A program made the translations under genes and the position numbers. Of a DNA stretch of 16,507 nt, positions 8,117 to 16,507 are shown piece after piece. The DNA lies in assembly GCF_006345805.1 (NCBI RefSeq), contig NW_021825166.1:1-16507 (forward strand), read 5' to 3'. The stretch's first letter is position 1. Each line of letters opens with the position of its first letter. The notes under the pieces are model-generated. The model was not told the origin of the DNA, did no database searches, and saw nothing but the letters and a program-made list of their open reading frames with translations. The DNA is from Octopus sinensis. Its lineage: Eukaryota.

Positions 8117-8962
8117 AATATTCTTTTCTAATCTAGGCACAAGGCCACAAATTTTGGGGGAAGGGGCCAGTCGATTAGATCAATCCCAGCACGCAATTGG
8201 TACTTAATTTATCGACCCCGAAAGGATGAAAGGTAAAGTCGACCTCCATGGAATTTGAACTCAGAACGTAAAGACAGAGGAAATGCCGATAAGTATTTCG
8301 CACTGACGTGCTAACGTTTCTGTCAGCTCGCCGCCTTGAAGTAGTTATATTCTTTTCTGCACTAAGTACAAGGCCCGAAATGTGGGGGGGGGGCAAGGGG
8401 CCAGTGGATTAGACAGACCCCAGTAAGCAACTGGTACTTAATATATCGAACCCGAAAGAATGAAAGATAAAGTCGACCTCGGTGGAATTTGAACTCAGAA
8501 CGTAAAAACAGACGAAATACCGCTAAGCATTTCGCCCGGCGTGCTAACGTTTCTTATTTCTTTATTGCCCACAAGGGGCTAAAAATAGAAGGGACAAACA
8601 TGGACAGACAAAGGGATTAAGTTGATTACATCGACCTCAGTGCGTAACTGGTACTTGATTTATCGACTCCGAAAGGATGAAAGGCAAAGTTGACCTCGGC
8701 GAAATTTGAACTCAGAACGTAGGGGCAGACGAAATACCTATTTCATTACTATCCACAAGAGGCTAAACACAGAGGGGACAAACAAGGACAGACGAACGGA
8801 TTAAGTCGATTATATCGACCCCAGTGCGTAACTGGTACTTATTTAATCGATCTCGAAAGTATGAAAGGCAAAGTCGACCTCGGCGGAATTTGAACTCAGA
8901 ACGTAACGGCAGACGAAATACCGCTAAGCCCGGCGTGCTAACGTTTCTGCCAGCTCGCCGCC
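8117..8962 (-). mobile_element. SINE family A cluster of four units
   Basis: Read on minus: headed copy 8962-8739 (tail type 1), headless unit 8738-8555 (tail 1), near-full copy 8554-8346 (tail type 2), a short gap, then full copy 8335-8117 (tail 2). Confidence 0.93.
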
Positions 8963-8987
8963 TTTCTCCTCGTACCTATTAAATATA

Positions 8988-9188
8988 GACGTGGTAGAAT
9001 AGACACTGGGCAAGGTAATTAGCGCATTCCGTGGATATTTATGTTATAAGTTCAAATTCGGCCGGGGTTGACTTTGTTTTTTTCTCTTTTTGGGGTCGAT
9101 AAAATTAGTACCAGTTGAGCTGTGTTGCCGATATAATTGACTCTCCCTCTAAAGTACTGGCCTTGTACCAAAATTTGAAATCACTATT
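8988..9188 (+). mobile_element. Decayed SINE family A copy (type-2 tail)
   Basis: Contains AGTTCAAATTCGGCCGGGGTTGACTTTG..GGGGTCGATAAAATTAGTACCAG..GGCCTTGTACCAAAATTTGAAA. Confidence 0.75.
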
Positions 9189-9355
9189 AAATACAAACAT
9201 GATTTACACCAAAAAAAATACTCACAAATAAAAAAAAACTCACAAATAAAATGAAGTAAAAATATTCACATGTTTTTAAATGATTCTCCGGATATTAATT
9301 CGTATTTCTACCGATTCCTCACTTCAAATGGAACAAGGCTACAATCTGTTATCAG

Positions 9356-9409
9356 TAGAGAGTTCAAAGGGAGAATTGAAAGGTGTGTTTATTGATTATA
9401 ATCAGACAG
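9356..9409 (+). CDS. Candidate 54-nt exon (phase 1-1), product unknown
   Basis: Bounded by TTATCAG| and CAG|GTAAAA. The open frame reads ESSKGELKGVFIDYNQT and is phase-compatible with the acceptor at 9556. No homology recognised. Confidence 0.2.
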
Positions 9410-9556
9410 GTAAAACCGAAAAAAAAAATCGATATATCTTTCTGACTTTATGAGCTGTGCAACACTTTTAGGAAAATCCACGAATGTCTAGGTTTTGCAT
9501 GCAGGTATTTTAATATGTATATGCTGTATCTGTTCTCATTTGTCTTTCCACGTTAG

Positions 9557-9771
9557 CCATTGACACCGATTCTTCAAACAGGAGACACACGTCACGTCCT
9601 GTCTTGGTTGTTTTGACAACCATATTCCGTGCTTGTACTTCTACACGTACATCTGGCGGCATTCACCCGGGTTTGGTTGAGTCAGCTTCGACGAACGAGT
9701 TCTCAACGTTTCTCACAAAAGCTGATGACATCCGACGGTTGGCAACAGTCGATGACATTCTTGAAGCGTAG
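9557..9771 (+). CDS. Candidate exon in a GC/CpG-rich unique island, product unknown
   Basis: Strong pyrimidine tract CTGTTCTCATTTGTCTTTCCACGTTAG|. The frame is open to TAG at 9769-9771 (..GGIHPGLVESASTNEFSTFLTKADDIRRLATVDDILEA*). No homology recognised. Confidence 0.2.
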
Positions 9772-9914
9772 AGTTCATGTTCGGAGTTTCAGTAGGAGCG
9801 CACGTTCACATGTGGTTGCCGGTCGCATACATACACGCTTTGGGATAGTGTGATCCGTAGCAGCCCATCTCGCTTTCGATTGTCGATTGCCCCCCCCCCT
9901 CCCTGAACGGAACG

Positions 9915-10053
9915 CCGATCCGTTACACTTACAGATCAGTCTACTAGGCCAAGGGGAAATGAAGCATTTTGTTGCAGCCCACCACGCACATCAGTCTGCA
10001 AATCAAAACTGCCATTTTGCCATCAGAGTACAACGCTTACCACTAGGCCACGT
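9915..10053 (-). mobile_element. Highly decayed tRNA-derived SINE head plus CORE-like segment
   Basis: Minus strand reads GTGGCCTAGTGGTAAGCG (A-box-like), then GCAGTTTTGATT (decayed B-box), then ..CAACAAAATGCTTCATTTCCCCTTG (CORE-like). Confidence 0.45.
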
Positions 10054-10056
10054 CTC

Positions 10057-10220
10057 TATATATTTTTGTATGTGTGTGTGTGTGTGTGTGCACGAGTGTG
10101 TGTGCGTGTGTAGTTGCGTGTGTAATATATATATATACACAAAGAAGATACATATATGCATGCATATATATACATACATATACACATAGAGACACGCACA
10201 CGCACATACATATATTTACA

Positions 10221-10259
<39 letters not shown>

Positions 10260-10349
10260 TATATATATACACTCACAAACATACATATATGCATACACTC
10301 ACACACACACACTTACATATATATATAATATCTGTGTGTGTGTGTGTGT
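10057..10349. repeat. Compound (TG)/(TA)/(CA) microsatellite
   Basis: Direct observation. Confidence 0.95.
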
Positions 10350-10660
10350 TTTCACTGTCTTGTTTTTGTTACCAGCTTTGACCCTCCGCAAAATCCCCAA
10401 TTTTATTTAATTTGCTTTGCGTGAGCAACTTTTATGTCGAAAACGTATCTTGTTGTGAAATGCTCGAAACACGAAGTAGAAAAACAACCAACAACTGATG
10501 AAGGATCGTTGTTTCGTGTTGCTTGTCTTGTTTTCCGTTTGTTTCTTTCGTTGTTCGCAAAAAAAAGTTCGTATTCCATTTTGTCGTATTTCGTAGTTCA
10601 TGTTTTGTTCGCATTTCATGTTTACTTCATGTTGTTTACGTTTCGTGGTATCCTGTGCCC

Positions 10661-10739
10661 ATATATGCATGTATATACAAATATATGTATGTACATATAT
10701 ATATGCATGTATACATATATATTTATATATTATTTACAT

Positions 10740-10791
<52 letters not shown>

Positions 10792-10873
10792 TATTATATA
10801 TATATATATATATAATAACATACACACACACGTGTATACACAAACACATACGCATATGCGGTGTGTGTGTGTA
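10661..10873. repeat. (TA)n-rich microsatellite
   Basis: Direct observation. Confidence 0.95.
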
Positions 10874-11157
10874 TTATTTGCTAAGTTATTATTGAAGCAA
10901 TCAGACAATTGAAATGTTATTAAATTGCTTATTTTCTTTGACTTTGGTTTATGCTTTTATCTCATGCGTGTATACGATTCTTTCCCAAGATTTTTTTAAA
11001 ACTCAATTTTCACATCAAACAGTCAATCGTGTGTTTTGGTTCTTTCAGTACAAAGTAGTACCATTTTTGCTAGCACTTCCTGTTCACAAGTTAAATATTT
11101 CATACAGAAGTTTTGGATTTTACCATTCCTTATTCGATTTCAGTTATTGTATTTTAG

Positions 11158-11211
11158 AAACGCCTCGGCTACATTTTGAGTCGATATGAACTTTGTGTCG
11201 ATTATTCACAG
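11158..11211 (+). CDS. Candidate 54-nt internal exon (phase 0-0), KRLGYILSRYELCVDYSQ
   Basis: Acceptor TTATTGTATTTTAG| and donor CAG|GTAATT. It is stop-free in frame 0 and GC-richer than its flanks. No homology recognised. Confidence 0.4.
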
Positions 11212-11399
11212 GTAATTTTTTTTATTTATTTATATATTTTGTCCTTTATATACATTGAACGATCTCACCCTTGCAAACTATTTCGTATTTCATACACACA
11301 TCCCTGCCCCCAAGATATTTTTTTATATCACCTTTGCAATGTGTGTCGCAATATATTTACTTAGTTCTTGTAGAATCAAAGTAGTTTCGTATTTTTCAA

Positions 11400-11640
11400 A
11401 GAAACGCAGTCACTTTTGAAATACTAGAATCGTTTTTTCTTTTAATCGAGGATCATCTAATAAAAGCGCTCCAAGAGCTGCGCATTCAAACTCATTTTTA
11501 TCTACTTCGACCAACTTGAGTACACCTCGGTCACTGCGCTCTTCTATCACATATCAAGGTCACCAGCTATGATGTCCGCCTCTTCAAGTACTTTATCTTC
11601 CCTTCTAGATTCTCAATATAAGTTCTTTGCTTTGCTATCA
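11400..11640 (-). mobile_element. Possible LINE APE-endonuclease relic
   Basis: Minus translation EDKVLEEADIIAGDLD / ..LGALLLDDPRLKEKTILVFQK loosely resembles the II.GDFN and N..F..K motifs. Confidence 0.3.
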
Positions 11641-11719
11641 ATTATATTGTTTTGTATGTCTTCTAACCCTACTGGCAACTAAAGTAAATGTTGTTGCTGT
11701 TATTGTTGTTGGTATTTAA

Positions 11720-11747
11720 GGCAGTGAGCTGGCAAAATCGTTAGTAA
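11720..11747 (+). mobile_element. SINE family A 5' stub (A-box region only)
   Basis: GGCAGTGAGCTGGCAAAATCGTTAG resembles the head GGCGGCGAGCTGGCAGAAACGTTAG. Confidence 0.7.
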
Positions 11748-11895
11748 AACAGGTCCCTGGATTAGGCTTGTTGTGATATGTCCTCTTTTCGATTTCTATA
11801 AGGTATCACGTAACAACTTCCTTTCATCGTTTTCGCGGGCAGTCATCCTTGCTCTCACAAAATAGCCATAGTTCTTTACTGTATATACAAAACCA

Positions 11896-11919
11896 GGCGC
11901 AGGAGTGGCTGTGTGGTAA
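11896..11919 (+). mobile_element. SINE family B 5' stub (24 bp)
   Basis: GGCGCAGGAGTGGCTGTGTGGTAA matches the family B head. Confidence 0.85.
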
Positions 11920-11924
11920 TTTCT

Positions 11925-12009
11925 CTCTACTAATTTTCTACTACGCCTTTCAACCTCTCCGTTATAAATCTAGCCAGCACCTTACTGATTCCTCGCCAGT
12001 TATTGCAGA
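11925..12009 (-). mobile_element. RTE-clade LINE RT fragment (downstream piece)
   Basis: Minus frame ICNNWRGISKVLARFITERLKGVVEN resembles the RTE motif CNNWRGISLLS..GKVLAR....RL...V. Confidence 0.7.
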
Positions 12010-12010
12010 T

Positions 12011-12431
12011 GCGTAGGAGTGGCTGTGTGGTAAGTAGCTTGCTAACCAACCACATGGTTCCGGGTTCAGTCCCACTGCGTGGCATCTTGGGCAAGTGTCT
12101 TCTACTATAGCCCCGGGCCGACCAATGCCTTGTGAGTGATTTGGTAGACGGAAACTGAAAGAACCTGTCGTATATTGTATATATATATATATATGGTGTG
12201 TGTGTTTGTGTGTCTGTGTTTGTCCCCCTAGCATTGCTTGACAACCGATGCTGGTGTGTTTAGTTCCCGTCACTTAGCGGTTCGGCAAAAAGAGACCGAT
12301 AGAATTAGTACTGGGCTTAGGAAAAAAGAATAAGTCCCGGGGTCGATTTGCTCGACTAAAGGCGGTGCTCCAGCATGGCCACTGTCAAATGACGAAAACA
12401 GTAAAAGAGTAAAAGAGTAAAAGAGGGAGTA
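12011..12431 (+). mobile_element. SINE family B, full length
   Basis: Same architecture as 3458-3869. Confidence 0.93.
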
Positions 12432-12580
12432 ACCAAATCGTTGACAAGAATTCCTGTGATTTATTGGAACAATTTTAAAATGCCTCCACTCTTTTAGGCG
12501 TTTCTGGCTCAACTGGGGCAATTCTGACACAATATGAACTTTAGTCTCATCCGCACCGTCGCATCATTTGCATTTGAATG
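12432..12580 (-). mobile_element. RTE-clade LINE RT fragment (upstream piece)
   Basis: Minus frames GADE..., LCQ..., (P)KEWRHFKIVPI and NDLV resemble G.D.I; P.EW....IVPI; GDL..C. The piece is continuous with 11925-12009 once the SINE is removed. Confidence 0.6.
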
Positions 12581-12997
12581 AAAACTCCTGCTTATCTATT
12601 AACCCTTCTTCTTAATTAACCCTTGGAACCGGTTCCTGTGCTGCTAAACCCATCCCTTTGGGGGGTCTTTCTTCAATACTCTTTTCTTTAAACCAGAACC
12701 ATTTGTCTTTCTCATCCCTCATCTCGTTTTTATCTTTTTGAAAAAAAATTGAATGAAATTTCTTTCCTTCAAATGTTGGCTTCCATTATTTTCCCAAATT
12801 TACCTTAGTTTTTTTTTTTTTTTGTAATAGTGGTGGTGATAGGTGGGGTCTCTCTCTCTTACCTCTGTAAATAGCCCTTCACTTATCATTTCATTTAGAA
12901 CTTATCGACAGAAACACAGATTTTTTTTAAAAAAAGTTCTACTACCTTTTCATCACTGATTAAATTATTTTCTGTTTTCTCTATGACTAAAGTTCTT

Positions 12998-13040
12998 TCC
13001 TTTATAATTATCATTATTATTACCATTATTATTATTATTA

Positions 13041-13135
<95 letters not shown>

Positions 13136-13313
13136 TATTATTATTATTATTATTATTATTATCATATTTTATTATCATTATTATCATCATTATTATTATT
13201 ATTATTATTATTTGTAGTAGTCGTAGTAGTAGTAGTTAGTTGTTGTTGTTGTTGTTGTTGTTGTTGCTGTTGTTGTTTTTGTTGTTGTTGTTCTTGTTGT
13301 TCTTGCTGTCGTT
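12998..13313. repeat. Compound trinucleotide microsatellite (TTA)n-(TCA)-(GTA)n-(GTT)n
   Basis: Direct observation; it generates the poly-I/L/Y/V/C pseudo-ORF. Confidence 0.96.
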
Positions 13314-13983
13314 GTTTAATTATCAGTTAATCAATCACGATTTTTTTTTCTATTTCATTTCATTTTACACAAGAACAGACCTGAACAATGTACTTTCCTC
13401 GCTGTAGCCCGAAGAAAAATCTCGTAGTGTTATCTACTTCTATCACAAATATACATGCATTTTACCTTTTGAAAGATTTTAAAAAAAGAACCACCTTCCG
13501 CAAATAGCATGGAAATTCGTCCGTTTTATTTGGGATTTTTTTTTTTTTTTCAATATTTTGTTTATTTATTTTCATTTTTTCCCCAAATGTGTAAATTTCT
13601 TCCCGTATTGCTTGTACTTGTAAAACTTCCAACGTTTAAGACATGAATTATCTTCATTCTCTCTTCTCTTCTGTTAAAACAATACAATTCAATACATTTT
13701 TTTTTTCGACCTGTGTTTAAAGAAGAATAACATTTGGACTGGCTTCTCGAGGTTTGAGGTGTTTTTTTTTTCTTTTCTTTCTTTGTCTTTTACTTCCAAT
13801 TGGCTTCTAAGTTGATCTTTTTTTTTTTATTTCTACATTTCATTCTCAGAATTATTTCCGGATTATTTTCTAAAGTTAATGAAATTATATTTAGTGTCAT
13901 TTGTTTAAATATTTCTTTTATAACTTTCAGTTTTCCGTTTTAACACAGAAGCTCAATACGAATACACAAAACAACGAATTAAC

Positions 13984-14085
13984 AGAACTGTTGTACTGTT
14001 AGACAGCATCATTTGCAGTATTCGTTCCGGGTTCAAATCCTGCTGAGATCAACTTCGTCTTACATTATATCGGGTCAATAAAGTA
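13984..14085 (+). mobile_element. Decayed SINE family A fragment
   Basis: GGGTTCAAATCCTGCTGAGATCAACTTCGTCTTACATTATATCGGGTCAATAAAGTAA aligns to the family A core. Confidence 0.6.
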
Positions 14086-14106
14086 ACAATCTACGAATGG
14101 CATTGA

Positions 14107-14129
14107 TCTCTCTCTCTCTCTCCCTTCTG

Positions 14130-14170
<41 letters not shown>

Positions 14171-14171
14171 C

Positions 14172-14206
<35 letters not shown>

Positions 14207-14220
14207 TACTCTCTCGCTCG
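14107..14220. repeat. (CT)n/(ATCT)n microsatellite
   Basis: Direct observation. Confidence 0.95.
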
Positions 14221-14233
14221 ATCTCCATTTTTC

Positions 14234-14520
14234 TTTCGGGATAGGGCCTGTGACGCAGAGGTCCGATCTTGTCGTAGCTTGAGGCGTTAATCCAGATTAA
14301 CCGCGATAAAAGTATACAATCAAAGCTAACTTCCCGAACGGTTGCCCTTATTATATTTGGTATCATTTGCCTTTTGGAATATGCAGGAATATGTATCAGT
14401 TGAATTGTCTGCTCAAAGATAATTTCGCTAGAAGGAAATCAGTTGGTTGGACCAGGATATTCCCATCGACGACGCCGAAGGAAGAATTCGCCATTACATG
14501 AAAGTAACAGTGACTTCGTG
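14234..14520 (+). mobile_element. Possible Tc1/mariner transposase trace (alternative: host exon)
   Basis: One frame with stops reads FRDRA..(40 aa)..LPERLPLLYLVSFAFW..IDDAEGRIR, resembling QDGA; WPPRSPDLNPLDF..W; IDEL..RIR. There are about 15 extra codons between the last two motifs. Confidence 0.3.
14432..14503 (+). CDS. Candidate 72-nt exon (phase 0-0), KEISWLDQDIPIDDAEGRIRHYMK
   Basis: Bounded by TTTCGCTAG| and AAA|GTAACA. It is stop-free with protein-like composition, but the splice sites are only moderate. Confidence 0.3.
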
Positions 14521-14749
14521 AAAATATTTATCACAAGAAATGTGGCGGTCATGCAACCACATATATAAATACAGACAACAGTGATTTGGTTCCTATGGTG
14601 TTTATACGTTTTCTTTTTATTGCTATAAACTGCTGCTATATTATATTTATTTGATTTTACTTTATCAAGTAAATCAACATATTGTATTTTAGATGTTCAC
14701 TTCAAAGTAATTATTCCCTTTAATTATTGTTTTTCAACCATATGTTGTA

Positions 14750-14980
14750 AATCGATATATGAATATACGTCTGTTTGTATGAATGCATATATATTCGTAT
14801 AAGTATACATATGCATATGTATATATATATCATCACGTGATCACGTGACCGACCAGGCTATCAGATGTTGCTACACATCGCTGGTCACATATATATATAT
14901 AAATATATATGTATATATATACGTATATATCTATATGTATGTATGTATGTATATATATATATGTATATATACATACATAT
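14750..14980. repeat. TA/TATG-rich microsatellite region
   Basis: Direct observation; interrupted by the 14831-14888 island. Confidence 0.85.
14831..14888 (-). mobile_element. Short fold-back retroposon 3'-end fragment with a (CACGTGAT)2 tail
   Basis: A 58-bp non-microsatellite island inside TA repeats, with GTGACC/GGTCAC and GATGT/ACATC inverted repeats and a tandem CACGTGAT. Confidence 0.45.
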
Positions 14981-15139
14981 GTATTTACGTCCCCGTAACT
15001 TAGCGGTTAAGCAAAAGAGACCGATAGAATAAGTATTGGGCTTCCAAAGAATAAGTCCTGGGGTCGATTTGCTCGACTAAAGGTGGTGCTCCAGTATGGC
15101 CGCAGTCAAATGACTGAAACAAGTAAAAGAGTAAAAGAG

Positions 15140-15142
<3 letters not shown>
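14981..15142 (+). mobile_element. SINE family B, 3' part
   Basis: Matches the 3' end of 3458-3869, including the (GTAAAAGA)n tail. Confidence 0.92.
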
Positions 15143-15198
<56 letters not shown>

Positions 15199-15200
15199 CA

Positions 15201-15243
<43 letters not shown>
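15143..15243. repeat. (ATT)n microsatellite
   Basis: Direct observation. Confidence 0.97.
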
Positions 15244-15246
<3 letters not shown>

Positions 15247-15248
<2 letters not shown>

Positions 15249-15456
15249 TGGCGAGCTGGCAGAATCGTTAGCAAGCCGGGCAAAATGCTTAGAGGTATTT
15301 CGTCTGCCGCTACGTTCTGTGTTCAAATTCCGCCGAGGTCGAGTTTACCGTTCATACTTTCGGGGTTGATAACATAAATGCCAGGTGAACACTGGAGTCG
15401 ATGTAATGGATTTAACCCCCACCCCCAAAATTTCTGGCCTTGTGCCAAAATTTGAA
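15247..15456 (+). mobile_element. SINE family A, full length, type-2 tail
   Basis: GGTGGCGAGCTGGCAGAATCGTTAGC head, family A core and CCCCAAAATTTCTGGCCTTGTGCCAAAATTTGAA tail. Confidence 0.92.
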
Positions 15457-15657
15457 GCGAGCCAGCAACCTGTTCTTTGGATCATGGAACTTCTTGCTAT
15501 CAAGGTATGAATGTGCTTCTTCATGTTAAGGATATTGAACGACGAGAACGAGGCAGACTTCTTATATGTGATCTGTGGAGAATACGACTTTCATGGGAAG
15601 GATATATTTTCCTTTGGAAATGAAAACAGGAAGAGGGGAAATGAATTTATACATGGA

Positions 15658-15797
15658 CGGATAGATAGGTAGATAGATAGACAGATAGATAGATACATAC
15701 ATACATACATACATACATACATACATACATACATACATGCATACATACATGCATGCAGAGACTGATAGATATATAGACAGATAGACAGACAGACAGA

Positions 15798-15859
<62 letters not shown>

Positions 15860-15872
15860 TGATAGATAGATT

Positions 15873-15935
<63 letters not shown>

Positions 15936-16109
15936 GGATGGATGGAGGGTGGATAGATAGATAGATAGATAGATAGACAGATAGAGAGAGAGAAGAGTGA
16001 CAGAGAGACAGACAGACAGATAGAATGTATATATATAAATTATGTGTGTGTGACTGTATATGTACATATAATATATACAATATATATCATATATATAGAG
16101 ACGTATATA

Positions 16110-16140
<31 letters not shown>

Positions 16141-16300
16141 GTCTGTCTGTCTGTCTCTCTCTTTTATATATATATAAAGAGAGAGCAGACAGAGCAAGAA
16201 CAAGAGAGAGACAGACGACAGACAGACCTACAGCCATTAGCAGAAGCAGAGAGACAGTAACAAAGAAAGAGAAAGAGAGAAAGTGAGAAAGAAATGCGTG
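15658..16300. repeat. Compound (GATA)n/(CATA)n/(TA)n/(GA)n microsatellite block
   Basis: Direct observation. Confidence 0.95.
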
Positions 16301-16459
16301 TGAATGTATCTGTGTATAAATATTCATATCCAAATACGTTAACCGGTTACACCGTTATGCAGGGAAAACTGAAGTCCCCTATTGAACTTTGTTGTAATCT
16401 TGATTTACATCTCGTACCATTTTATATCGTGTATTCTATCTTTGCAATATTCTCCATAG

Positions 16460-16487
16460 GTTTTGTGTCATGATTTTCAAGGATTCG
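16460..16487 (+). CDS. Candidate 28-nt micro-exon (VLCHDFQGF in frame 0)
   Basis: Acceptor TCTATCTTTGCAATATTCTCCATAG| and donor CG|GTGAGC. Confidence 0.25.
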
Positions 16488-16507
16488 GTGAGCAATAGGT
16501 TATACAT

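Noticed and set aside
9722-9770. CTGATGA followed by a hairpin as a hammerhead
   Set aside because: There is no GAAA and no NUH with a matching stem I.
13850-14050. AG-bounded open frames (IISGLFSK.., EAQYEYTKQRINR..)
   Set aside because: There is no good donor site, and the second frame runs into a decayed SINE.
15500-15655. MCFFMLRILNDENEADFLYV as a mariner first-D motif, or an exon
   Set aside because: Identity is too low, there are no neighbouring motifs and no convincing splice pair.

Overview
This is AT-rich, repeat-saturated eukaryotic intronic or intergenic DNA. The SINE families look like those I recall from octopus (cephalopod) genomes; that assignment is inference. No intact protein-coding gene, tRNA, rRNA or CRISPR array is supported, and the ORFs in the track are mostly microsatellite, SINE or chance read-through. 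The window is a palimpsest of two tRNA-derived SINE families. Family A has a Meta/MESC-like core and forms 'headless' tandem arrays at 5.06-6.10 kb and 8.12-8.96 kb. Family B is CORE-type. There are many compound microsatellites and several stop- and frameshift-broken transposon relics found by manual translation: a Penelope-like (PLE) RT (~805-1535, +), a PLE N-terminal region (~6180-6800, -), a hAT/Charlie-like transposase (~6975-7560, +), RTE-LINE RT pieces (~11.9-12.6 kb, -), and weaker piggyBac-like and Tc1-like traces. The most interesting object is a ~515-bp element (2235-2749) with ~55-bp terminal direct repeats. It holds a long fold-back stem, a 7x19-bp minisatellite and a minimal type I hammerhead-ribozyme-like motif in exact register but with two core defects, so it is a retrozyme/PLE-terminus candidate. 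A second, oddly ordered hammerhead-like motif sits at 10444-10506. A few short, phase-compatible AG/GT-bounded segments on + could be exons of a host gene (low confidence). All family assignments come from recalled consensus motifs, not from database searches.
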